Assembly (NCBI RefSeq): GCF_009914755.1
Contig: NC_060927.1
Source: the human T2T-CHM13v2.0 reference genome, Homo sapiens
Reading direction: 5' to 3' (one strand)
Length of the DNA stretch: 64,000 nucleotides
Shown: positions 1-16,063 of the stretch, piece after piece
How positions within the stretch are numbered: the stretch's first letter is position 1
Layout: every line of letters begins with the position of its first letter
The notes under the pieces: model-generated
The model's database searches: none
What the model saw: the letters and a program-made list of their open reading frames with translations, nothing else
Told to the model about the DNA's origin: nothing
Translations under genes and position numbers: made by a program

Positions 1-100
1 CCAACCATTTGAGAAAAGTGATCCTGAGATGGGAATTTTCTCAGCAAATCTTCAATAAATGCAAGACTATGCATTTTTTTAAAAAAGAAATCAAGTTTTG

Positions 101-799
<699 letters not shown>

Positions 800-1124
800 G
801 CCAATGAGAAAAAAACAGGGCATTATGTAAAAGAGGAAAGAAGAACACCACAACTATAACAAAGAAACTTAAGCTGGTACTCTGTAGGACTACAATCACA
901 TCCACAATACTCAAATCAAATCTCTGGTACTGAGATTTCACTTTTAATACCCCTGTTCAAGATATTTTATTGAAGAAGCTATAAATTTATTGCTGGTTTA
1001 TCTTCACTGGCTGGATTTCACAAAACAAATACCCGACCTCGCCCCAAAAAAAGAAAAGGTAGAGACACTAAGGTTATTGTTTTTAAGGTGAGATAATTTT
1101 AAGCTTAAAAAGATGAGGCATATT

Positions 1125-2255
1125 TAAGACTTAAATCTAAAATGAAAAACTATAAAAACCTTTGAAGATAACCTAGGAAATACCATCTGGACATAGGACC
1201 TGGCAAAGACTTCATAACAAAGATGCCAAAAGCGATTGCAACAAAACCAAAAATAAACAAATGGGACCCAATGAAACTAAAGAGCTTCTGCACAACAGAA
1301 GAAACTATCAAAGAGTAAACAGCCTACAGAAGGGGAGAAAATACTTGAAAATACTTGCAAACTATACATCAGATAAAGGTCTAATATTCAGAATCTATAA
1401 GGAACTTAAATCAGACAACCCTCATTAAAAAGTGGGCAAACGACATGAACGAACACTTTTCAAAAGATAACATGCATGCAGCAACAGGCTTATGAAAAAA
1501 TACTCAACATCACTAATCATTAGAGAAATGCAAATCTAAACCACAATAAGATACCATCTCACACCAGTCAGAATGTCTATTATTAAAAAGTCAAAAAATA
1601 ACAGATGCTGGTGAGGTTGTGGAGAAAAGAGAACACTTACACACTGCCGGTAGGAATGTAAATTAGTCCAGCCATTATGGAAAGCAGTCTGGCGATTTCT
1701 CAAATAACTTAAAACAGAATTACCATTTAACCCAGCAATCCTATTATGTATTTTCCCAAAGGAATATAAATAATTATTCCACAAAGACACATGCACATGT
1801 ATGTTCACTGCAGCACTATTCACAATAGCAAAGACATGGAATCATCCTAAATGCCCATCAATGGTAGACTGGATAAAGAAAATGTGGTACATGTACACCA
1901 CAGAATACTACACAGCAATAAAAAAATAATGAGATCATGTCCTTACAGAGCTGGAGGCCATTATCCTACACAAACTAACACAGGAACAGAAAACCATATA
2001 CCTCATGTTCTCACTTAACAAGAGGGAGTTAAACATTTAGTATGGACACAAAGAAGGGAACAACAGACACCAGGGCCTACTTGAGGGTGGAGAGTGGGAG
2101 GAGGGTGAGGATCGAAAAACTACCTATTGGGTACTATGCTTATTACCTGGGTAATGAAATAATTTGTACAACAAACCCCCGCAACATGCAGTTTACCTAT
2201 TTAACAAACCTACCCATGCACTCCTGAACCTAAAATAAAAGTTAAAAAAAAAAAA
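1125..2255 (+). mobile_element. 5'-truncated L1 (old L1PA/L1PB class): end of ORF2 and 3'UTR
   Basis: L1 motifs (agagaaatgcaaatc, ataaagaaaatgtggtac), poly(A) at about 2244-2255, and a TSD-like pair aaaagatgaggc / aaaagatgaagc. Confidence 0.9.
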
Positions 2256-2784
2256 GATGAAGCTATTCCATTTCTACTGAAGAAGAGATTATTCTTAAGG
2301 AAATAGTACTTATATATGTTAAAGGAAATTTAACAATTTGAAAATGTATTTACTAAGTCATCTGTGATAATAAACACTTTAATTGTTCATCCATTCTAAA
2401 CTTGTCCTTAAGTTCTTTTTCCTTATTTTTTTTTTTTGTATAATAAAGCAGGGTAAGTGATAAAAGTCCACTGTTGGAATAACTATTTATATATTTATTC
2501 TCCCAAAGAGTTGAGTTATAGGCTTGCATTTCCTATGTGGAAATGGCTTGACAATCAGAAACCATGAAATTTCTAAAGACATTAGGAGAAGACCTGAGCG
2601 TAAGGTTTAGATAAGATGCCAGACAATTTCCCAGTGTACTCCTGAACCAGATCTTCACTCACAGGCTAATTTTCCTGCAGTGTTTTAATTTTAAGTATTC
2701 ATCCTGTGAATTCCTATTTAAAGTGGCAGAATCTTTGTTTCTAATCTTTTCTTTGTGATCTAACATAAGTTGCCATCTCTTTAA

Positions 2785-5633
2785 AATAACTTGTTATGTT
2801 TGTTGTAAGCCTCATGGTAACCAAAATACAAAAACCTATAACAGATTCACTAAAAAATAAAAAGCAATGAATTAACATACTACCAGAGAAAATCACTTAA
2901 CCACAAAGACAATAGTAAAAAAGGGATGAAAAGAGGAGTTACAAAACAACCAGAATATGCAATAAAATGGCAGTATTAAGCCCTTACTTATCAAAAATAA
3001 CACTGAATGTAAATGGACTCAATTCTCCAATTAAAAGGCATAAAGTGGCTGAATGGACAAAGAAATAAGACCCAACTATATGCTGCCTACAAGGAACCCA
3101 CTTCTCCTACAAAGATACACATAGACTGAAAGTGAAGGGGTGGGGAAAATATAGTCTATGCAACTGGAAAACAAAAAAGAGTAGAAGTAGCTATACTTAC
3201 ATCATATAAAATAGATTACAAATCGAAGACTATAGGAAGAGACAAAGTAGGTCACTATATAAAGATAAACTGGTTAATTCAGGAAGCCGATGTAACAATT
3301 ATAAGTATCTATGTACCCAACATCAGAGCTCCCAAGTACATGAGGCAAACATTAGTAGATCTAAAGGGAGAGATAGACTGATAGACTGTAATACAATACT
3401 AGTAGAGAAAGTCAGCACCTCATTCTCAATAATGGACAGATCATCCAGACAGAAAATCAACAGAGACACAAAAGTTAAAGTAGACACCATACTTAATAGA
3501 CCTGACATTTATAGAACACTTCACCCAATTGCTGCAGAATACTCATTCTTTTCATCACCACAAGGGAACATTCTCCAGAAGAGACCATATCTTAAACAAA
3601 TCTCAACGATTAAAAAAAAATAAATCATATTAACTTTTCTGACCACAATGGAATAAAGCTAGAAATAAGTAACATTCACAGCAACAGGAAAAACTCTTAA
3701 ATTTATATGGAACCACAGAAGACACTGAATAGCCAAAGCAATCCTGAGCAAAAAGAACAAAATGGGAGGTATCACACTACCTGACTTCAAAACATACTAT
3801 AAAGCAATAGTAAACATATTAGCACAGTACTGGCATAAAAACACACAGACCAATGGAACAGAATGGAAAACCCAGATATAAATCAACACATTTATAGCCA
3901 ACCCATTTTCAACAAAGGCACCAAGAACATACAATGGGGTAAGAACAGTCTCTTTAATAAATGGTGCTGGGGAAAATGGACAACCACCTGCAGAATGGAA
4001 CTACACCCCTATCTCTGAACATATACAAAAATCAAATCAAAAGGGATTAACAACTTAAATCTAAGACTGGAAACTATGAAACTACTAGAAGAAATCATTG
4101 GGGAAATGCTACAGGACATTGGTCTGGACAAGGATTTTCAGTGTAAGACCTCAAAAGCACAGGCAACCAAAGCAAAAACAGACAAATGGGATCACATCAT
4201 GCTAAAAAGCTTCTGCACAGCAAAGGAAACAATCAACAAAGTGAAAAGACAATCCACAGAATGGGAGAAAATATTTACAAACTATCCATCTGACAAGGGA
4301 TTAATAACCAGAATACATAAGGAACTCAAAACAATAGCAAAACAAATTCAATTTTATAATGGGCAAAAGATCTGAATAGTCATTTCTCAAAAGATGGCAC
4401 ACAAATGGCCAACAAGTATATGAAAAAATGCTCAATATCACTAATCATCAGAGAAATGCAAATCAAAACCACAATGAGACATCACATCACCCCAGTTAGA
4501 ATGGCTTTTATCAAAAAGACAGGGAATAACATGCTGGGGAGGATGTGGAGAAAGGGGATGTATACTGTTGGTAGAAATGTAAATTAGTACAGCCACTATG
4601 GAAAACTTTACGGAGGTTCCTTTAAAAATTAAAAATAGAACTACCATATGACCCAGGAATTCTACTACTGGGTATATAGCCAAAAGAAAAGAAATCAAGA
4701 TATCAAACAGACATCTGCATTGCCATGTTTATTTGCAAGTGCTATTCACAATAGCCAAAACATGGGATCAATGTAACTGCCCATCAGTGGACAAATGAAT
4801 AAAGAAAATGTGGTATACAAACACAATGAAATATTATAAAGCCATAAAGAAGAATGAAATCCTTTCATTTGCAGCAACATGGATGGAAATGGAACTCATT
4901 TTGTTAAGTGAAATAAGCCAAGCAAGATAAACATCACATGTTATCACTCACATGTGGGAGCTAAAAAATAGTGGATCTCATGAAAATAAAGAGTAGACTA
5001 GTGGTTACCAGAGGCTTGGGAAAGGCAAGGGAGAGGGAGGGAAGGAGAGAGGTTGATTAATGGGTACAAATAAACGGGGTCTGATAGAAGAAATAGAAGA
5101 AATAAGACCTAATGTTTGATAGATCAGTAGGGTGATTATAGAAGATAATAATTCAAATGTTTCTAGCATAAAGAAAAGACAAGGCCAGGCATAATGGCTC
5201 ATGCTTGTAATCCTAACACTTTAGGAGGCTGAGATGGGAGGATTACTTGAGCCCAGGAGTTTGAGATCAGCCTGGTCAACATATCAAGACCCCATTTCTA
5301 GAAAAAATAAAAATAAAAAATAAGCCAGGTGTGACGGTGCACACCTGTAGTCCCAGCTACTAGGGAGGGTGAGGCAGGAGGATTGCTTGAGCCAGGAATT
5401 TGAGGTGGCAATGAGCTATGACTGCACCACTGCACTCCAACCTGGGTGACAGAGCGAGAGCCTGTCTAAAAAGAAAAAAGAAAAAGACAAGACAAATATT
5501 TAAGGTGATAGATATCCCAGTTACATTGATTTGATGTTTATGAGTTATATAAATGTATTAAATGATCACATGAACCCCCAAAATACGTAAATTATATATC
5601 AATTTTAAAAGATAAAATTTAAATTAAAAAAAA
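2785..5633 (+). mobile_element. L1MA-type element with a large internal ORF2 deletion near 3675 and an Alu inserted at about 5183-5480
   Basis: Endonuclease-region remnant (aatgtaaatggactcaattctccaattaaaag), late ORF2 remnant [21 protein letters not shown], and an L1MA-like 3'UTR. Confidence 0.85.
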
Positions 5634-5999
5634 GGCAAGCACATTTGAATCAGGTTTCTGGGGCACAGTGTCAACTGTTATTTAAAACCAAAACAACCTT
5701 ATTGACCAAAGTAAAAATCTTTGTTTTTCACCCATAAGAGTCGGCCGGGTGTGGTGGCCCATGTCTCTAACACTAGCATTTTGGGAGGCTGAGGTGGGAG
5801 GATCGCTTGAGCCCAGGAGATCAAGGCTGCAGTGAGCCGTGATCAAACTACTGCACTCCAGCCTGAGCAACAAAGAAAGACCCTGTCTTAATCAATTAAT
5901 AATATCTGTGAACTTTAAGATCATGAAATTACCAAATCAAAAAATCTGACAGAAAAGAATATTTACTATCTTATTATCCAAAGGGAAATAAATTGCTAA

Positions 6000-6682
<683 letters not shown>

Positions 6683-6751
6683 TGGGAATTATTTTTTAAG
6701 AAAAAAAAGAAAAATACAAAACTTCTTTAAATTTCTGTGATCAGCAGACAT

Positions 6752-6955
6752 CAGTTTTAAAGAAATTTTTAAAGAAAAGTTTTAAAGAAACTTTTAAAGA
6801 ACAGTTTCAAAGAAACTTTTTAAATTTTCTTTAAAAGTTTCTAAGAAACTTTTAAAGAAAAGTTTTAAAGAAACTTTTAAAGAAAAGTTTTAAAGAAACT
6901 TTTAAAGAAAAGTTTTAAAGAAACTTTTAAAGAAAAGTTTTAAAGAAAACTTTTT
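6752..6955. repeat. AT-rich minisatellite, unit about 25 bp (aaagaaacttttaaagaaaagtttt)
   Basis: Directly visible tandem copies built from alternating 12- and 13-bp subunits. Confidence 0.92.
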
Positions 6956-7197
6956 GCAAAACAAATTGAGCACTGATTTAAAAAACAAAGATATCTGAAG
7001 GGCTAATAAATGACTGAATTCTTCAACATGCCACAATTCTTAATTATTCTGAAGAATATGGCTATACATTAAATAAATAATACTATAAATACAAAGTAAG
7101 AAAAATGAGGTGCTGAAGCACATGGTATCAGTGTTGGGAAATGATGTAGGTGACATTTGGTTAATCTCTAACACCAATTTAAAAAGGTAGAAGTTGA

Positions 7198-7296
7198 GGC
7201 TGGTCCAAGTGCAGTAATGCTTACAACTAATTGATCACAACCAGTTACAGATTTCTTTGTTCCTTCTCCAGGCCAAACAGTTCACTTGACTAGCCT
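7198..7296 (+). pseudogene. Y3 RNA (RNY3) retropseudogene
   Basis: ggctggtccaagtgcagtaatgcttacaactaattgatcacaaccagttacagatttctttgttccttctcca...cacttgactagcct matches hY3 with substitutions. It has an A-rich tail and a degenerate TSD (aaaaggtagaagttga / aaaatgtagaatgtga). Confidence 0.92.
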
Positions 7297-7313
7297 AAGA
7301 CGAAATGAAATAA

Positions 7314-7631
<318 letters not shown>

Positions 7632-8042
7632 AAGGGTTCTCATTCTTAAAAGTAAATATATTAGAAATTAGAAGTTAAGTTCTCTACAAAAAGTCTTTTT
7701 ACTAACAGTCTCAAAATGACTAAACATCTGTATTATTTTACTGCCTGTAAAAATTTCAATTACTCTGAATTAAACTCTACAACTTTTGCCAAATAAAAAT
7801 TAAAGATGAAAGGTAAGTCAGATCACAAAAAGGAAAAACAATTTCAAACTGGAGTTGTGCTGACCATAAGCATATAATACTTCAGAATTAGGAAAGGTCT
7901 ATTCACTACTGTAATCAGATCTGGGCATTGTGTTCTGTTCTGGAGACTAGAATTTAAGCGGAATACTGAAGAACGGGAACAGTTAGAGTTGATGGACCAG
8001 TATGACTAAGTACTCAAAATTATGATGTGAATGAATAACCCG

Positions 8043-8143
8043 GGGCTTGCTTCAGCAGCCCATATACTAAAATTGGAATACAAAGATTATCATGGCTTCT
8101 GAAGAAGATGACACAAAAACTCGTGAAACACTCCATATTTTTT
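8043..8143 (+). pseudogene. Diverged near-full-length U6 snRNA pseudogene
   Basis: gggcttgcttcagcagcccatatactaaaattggaatacaaagattatcatggc...gatgacacaaaaactcgtgaaacactccatatttttt aligns to U6. The ACAGAGA box is disrupted and no TATA box sits at about -30. Confidence 0.9.
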
Positions 8144-8404
8144 ATGGACGTTGGGGTCCTTAGTGAATTGTTGAAACCACAAATTTAATGGTGTGTGCCA
8201 CCAAACCCAGCTAAGAATCTACTTGACGTCAAGTTTCCCAGTGGAACCCAGGAAGGCTACGGATTCATTTAATATCCCAAGGAACCTCAGAATTTCTTAT
8301 CTAGAAGGTGTTTATGCCATTCCTTAGATGAGCCTTCTCCTTGAACTATCTATTTCAGGCCTTGAAGACGCCTACTAGATTATTCTTGGCAAGACCTACA
8401 GTAG

Positions 8405-8582
8405 CAAAGAGCAGTGGTCAAAAGCATGACTTCTAGAGCTAAAAAGACTTGGTTCTGACATCCATTACAAACTTCTTACCAATTGTGTAAACATGGTAAG
8501 TCATTCCAACTTCATCTTGTTTCTTCACTTATAAAAATAGAGATAGTAATACTTCACAGTACAGTTGTTTGTAGTGAGAATT
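8405..8582 (+). mobile_element. MIR SINE
   Basis: gcagtggtcaaaagcatgacttctagag...gtttcttcactttataaaaatagagatagtaatac, a MIR core-like sequence. Confidence 0.65.
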
Positions 8583-10017
8583 CACTACTGTATCCCAAAC
8601 ACTTAAAATGCCTGGATCAAAAAATGTTAAATTAAAAAAATATATATATATATCCCAAGGACTAAGGATTATTAGTCTGGAGAAGGGATTATTCAGGAAG
8701 AGACACAATGTGAAGGCAATTCATGCCTGCAGAGGCATTACATATTCTGATTGGCCCTAACTGGAGAAATACAGGGTACCAGATTCAGATTAATATATTA
8801 GATTTGTCTAACAGAGGCACAAGTAGAATAGGCTGCTTTGGGAGATTCTGAGAGGCCAGACAACCGTTTAGGGAGAATGTTAGAGAGCTATAAATGAAAA
8901 CGACTGTAGAAATCTCTCCCAATATGAGATTTGTGTTAAAGAAAGGCTCAAAAGGAGAAGTGGAACTTTCTTAGGACAATGCTCCAGCACTCTTATCTTA
9001 CCCTTCCCAGATGGTTATAGCAACTTGGCAGGAAAAAAACAACAGAATTAAAAACAATCGATGCTATTAACCACCAGATTATAGGCCAGTAAAACTGCAT
9101 GGAAGCAAAGATAAACCAGCCAATTACCTCTCACTTCCTACTTTTAAGCACTGTTCGGAGGTTAGTAAGAGGTGGCGACTTCCAGCAATTTCATTGTGGC
9201 CTTTTGATAGTACATAAGGAAAGCAGTGGGAAACTTACTTTTTTCTTTCATCTAAGTTTCTACTTCAAGAGTTAATTATGAAGCCTCAAATCTTGCTTCA
9301 ATTTTAACTAAGACCAACTGTTCAAGTTTTTTTCTTATGTGTTTTAGGAAAATTACTTGGCAGATTACCGACTTTTTGACAGCCTGTATCATTCTAAGAT
9401 CTATATTCTCTGCCTTTATATTACACTCCCCACACTAAGTACATGATAAAAGCTATCAATATTGAGGCATCTGTGCTGTAGATGTGTAGATGTAGATGTA
9501 GATGTGTACATGTGCAAAGAGCTTAGACTCAGCCATGAACTAGCTCTCTGGTCTTAGACAAGTTTTAAAATTTTCCCTAAGCACTAATTACTTCATTTTT
9601 TTTTAAAGGTATTGACCTGCCCCAAAATACTCACATGCAAATTAAACTGCAAAGTATACATGGAAAGGATCTTACATACATTAGACACTCAAATATTTGT
9701 TAAGAATGATCTGATATAATGATATAAAAACAAATTCACTTCAACAAAATTCTTGCAAAGAATACTATCAACTACATGGAAAAGATTCCCAATTAAAGTT
9801 CATTTTATGAGTTCATTAAAATTCAGCATTTCCAGGGCAGGTTTCTTGGTGTCTTAAGGCAATAAGATAACAGAGGGATGATTCTCATCGTCATCACTCT
9901 TTCTTACTATAACTCTGCAACATTTTATGTGGTTAGTAAGAAACTTTAATTATGGGCCCTGTTTTCCATCCCACCCTCAAACTCACAATGCAGAAATAAC
10001 TCCATGAAGACTATTTA

Positions 10018-12674
<2,657 letters not shown>

Positions 12675-13854
12675 TTACCAAGGTTAGGAACAGTTAGCTT
12701 ATCTGTACCTTCACTTCTACTCTTACAAGAACTATATTTGATGCCCACATGAGATCATTAAGGATAATCAAAATATCTTTGGGGCCAATGAATACATATT
12801 TATATTAAAGGAAACTCAGTATTGGGGGAAAGGACATAGCCATAAACATTCTGGCTTTCAGAGGTAGGGTCAATAAACCTGTAAGTTACTTGCTTTGGCA
12901 ATCAAGTTTTGCTACGTAAAGTATCTTTAAGGGAGAACAATGAGAAAGCCAAAATACATCTTCATTTCTAACTTATGCCCACTGTTCCAGTTCCGTATTA
13001 TTAAAGGCCTATAAGACATTCTCTTCATAGTAGGTGTCAGCCACCCAACTGAAACTAAATGGTTTTCCTTAAAAAATACAATTTTTCAACTGTTTAGTGG
13101 AAATGGAAAATATTTTCTGATTCTCCCAAGCAAACTTCAGATTTTAAAATTTTTTATTCTAACATTGTTATCAAATCCTACCTGTTCTTCTATTGTCCAT
13201 TCCACTTCCACAGTTATCAATTCAGCTCAATATTTATAAGAGCACTATCACTATTTAATAGTCACTGTGCTCAAGCTAGCCCACATCCTAATGACTTCCT
13301 GTACTAATTAAATTATCACCCCGGGGTTAATCAATGTCCTGTCAGGCATCCATCCCCTCACTTCCACCTACCAATCCTCACCTAGGGCACCACCTGGTGG
13401 TCAACAAAATGAATTATCCTTTTCCCCGCTTCATTTCTTCCCCACTGGGAGAACAGTACACCTGCATTACTAGTTTTGCTTACAGTTCAACTAATTCAAA
13501 CTTAGAAATCTTTTTATTTGAACACATACATCTCCCTCAAACTTCTTCCACTTTTCTCTATCTTCCAGGTACAGCCAGGCATTACAAAAATTTCCCTTTC
13601 CTTCTGCCTATAAGTAATCCAAAAAGCTTCCCTCATTGCAGCCTAATATACACTGCTTTTCCTAAATCTGGCTATAAATAAGAAGATGATATAGTGAGCT
13701 CTGAAGTGATATTAACCTTAATAGAGAACCTGAATCCATAACTTCCAAACTTTCCCTTTAGAAGCTCCGAAGTTTACATCTATCTTTTTTGGTGGGGGTG
13801 GGTGGTAGGGGGTTGAGACAGGGTCTTGCTTTGTTGCCCAGCCTGGAGTGCAGC

Positions 13855-14215
13855 AATAAAAAGGAACAAACTATCAACACATTCAACAACAGTTGAATCA
13901 ACAACAGTTGAAAAGTATTACACTAAATGAAAGAAGTCAAACACAAAAGACTGCATGATCTAATTTTTTAGGAAATTCTAGAAAAGGCAAAACTATAGCA
14001 ATAGAAAGCAGATCAGCGGCTACCAGAGGCCACCGGTTGGGTAAGAGGGACTGACTGCAGCCAAGGGGCATGAGAAATCATTATTTGGGGGTAATGGGAA
14101 TGTTCTATATAATGACTGTGTTACTATAAAACTACACATTTTTCAAAACTAGTCAAGATGTACACTTAAAACTGGTGGATTTTACTGTAAGCATATGCTA
14201 ATAAAGTTGACAAAG
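13855..14215 (+). mobile_element. Old L1M 3'UTR fragment
   Basis: aataaaaaggaacaaact...gaaattctagaaaaggcaaaactatag...gatcagcggctaccag motifs. Confidence 0.75.
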
Positions 14216-14480
14216 CATTAAAGAAACAATGTTATGAAAAAAGTTCTCACTTTGCCCTCTTTCTCTTGAAGTTTTCCAATAAAATCTGCTTTACTTACAC
14301 TTTTTCTTTTTAACATAAAAGTCTATAATCCCAGAATCACTAGCTGTAAATTCCTTAATGTTCTCTGGTAAAGGCTGAAGATTAAGACAAGGTACATAGC
14401 TGCACTGTCAATCTTTACTGCCAACTAGTTTGGGTAATCAGTGACCAAATATTCTTTTTATTTCAAAGATAACTAATATA

Positions 14481-14777
14481 GGCTGGACACGGTGGCTCAT
14501 GCCTGTAACCTCAGCACTTTGGGAGGCTGAGGTGGATGGATCACTTGAACTCAGGAGTTTGAGACTGGCCTGGGCAACAAGGCAAAATCTCCTCTCTACA
14601 AAAAAAAAAAAAAAAAAATTGGCCAGACATGCTGGCATGCGCCTGTAGTACCAGCTACTCAGGAGGCTGAGGTGGGATGATCACCTGAGTCTGGGGAGGT
14701 TAAGGCTGCAGTGAGCCACGATCACACCACTGCACCCCAGCCTAGGTGACAGGGTAAGACCCTGTCTCCAAAAAAAA
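14481..14777 (+). mobile_element. AluJ/S
   Basis: Dimeric Alu consensus with a long middle A-tract. Confidence 0.93.
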
Positions 14778-14912
14778 TAAAATGAATATACACATAAATA
14801 TGTGGTACTTTTCCCCATTTAAATTTTTTGAATTTTAATTCACATCATTATTTTGACAGGTTTAAAGTGATTTACTGTCCATTATCTATATGTTTTAAAT
14901 ATCATATTTAGG

Positions 14913-15057
14913 TAGGAAAGGTTTAAAGTTCTAGACTCAATATTTATATTTCCAGGTAACTTAATATCCAATAAAAAAAAAACCTTAGGAAAAGTTTAAG
15001 GTACTAGACTCAGTATTTATATTTCCAGGTAACTTAATATCCAATAAAAAAAAACCT
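14913..15057. repeat. Tandem duplication, two copies of about 73 bp
   Basis: taggaaa(g/a)gttta..ctagactca(a/g)tatttatatttccaggtaacttaatatccaataaaaaaaaacct starting at 14913 and 14986. Confidence 0.93.
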
Positions 15058-15149
15058 AACTGTACCGCAAGCAGACACAGAATGAAAACGATCAAACAAA
15101 AACCTTAAGGAATACACAAAAGTAATGCTGAAAGATAGTTGAATGGTAA

Positions 15150-15430
15150 CTTACAAGGCAGACCTAGCCCACAAATGTGTTCAGTGTGGCTTGCATATCT
15201 GTTAAAAATCAAGAGATTTCCCATCTAGATTTCCAGTTTCTCTTGAAAAAAATCAGAAGCTCTGGCAAGACTGTGCCCACAGTACTAAATTTCAACCATC
15301 AGCTAAAGCTAAGACATTGCCTCTGTTAAACAAAGCAGGAACTCCTCAGTTTGTCCAAGCTCCATAACACCTAAGTTCACTCATTGTCACTACCTGCATG
15401 GCTACGCGTACCTGAGTTTTCAAACCCTAG
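15150..15430. mobile_element. hAT-Charlie family relic (MER102-like)
   Basis: gatttccagtttctcttgaaaaaaatcagaagctctggcaagactgtgccc resembles the MER102 core. Confidence 0.55.
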
Positions 15431-16063
15431 CAGGACTATTTCTTCTATGTGCCTCAACTAACCATAACTGAGAGTTATATGGAAAAAGTTTCTCCTAGAT
15501 TTAATATGCCTGGTTTTGGGTAAACCCAAAACAATCTGTTTATTAATAGTACACTATAATAATGTATATGCTCTACTGTGGCATGCAAAATGTAAAATGA
15601 ATGCTGCTGATGTATTACAAAGTATATGAAAATTATAACCAACTTAGTGTACTTCCATGGTAAGCACAAACTCAGATTCTAGAACTTTATTCACTACATT
15701 CATTAATGTAAGAAAGCCATCTCCATGTGCAAAATCAAAACAATAAGAAACAAAGCATCTTTATTGCTCTACCATAAAACTGACCCTCAAATATACAGAA
15801 AGAATACATGAAATATACTTAAGGTTTTAACGAAAGGATAAAATAAAATATAGCACTATGTTAGGAAGGAAATAGGAATATAATTCTAAGCATTCATTCA
15901 TTAGCTATAATTATTATTTACCCATTTGAAAAGGGGAAAAATTCTTTTACCACAACTTTAAGGTATTTGCTGAGATATCTTTTTAGTTACCAAAGGAAAG
16001 TCTGGAGAGTCCTAGGTATGAAAAACAGTAAGTTAACAGAAAAACAAAATCTTACAAACTTAC

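Larger units (their letters stand above)
7900..8890 (+). mobile_element. L3/CR1 LINE fragment interrupted between about 8042 and 8655
   Basis: Left part tctgggcattgtgttctgttctgg... and right part aaggactaaggattattagtctggagaagg...aataggctgctttgggag resemble consecutive parts of the L3 3' consensus. Confidence 0.6.

Noticed and set aside
4076-4587. ORFs resembling the L1 ORF2p C-terminus
   Set aside because: Fragmented remnants of a dead L1.
6752-6955. Array considered as a CRISPR-like repeat
   Set aside because: It has no unique spacers and is a low-complexity minisatellite in mammalian DNA.
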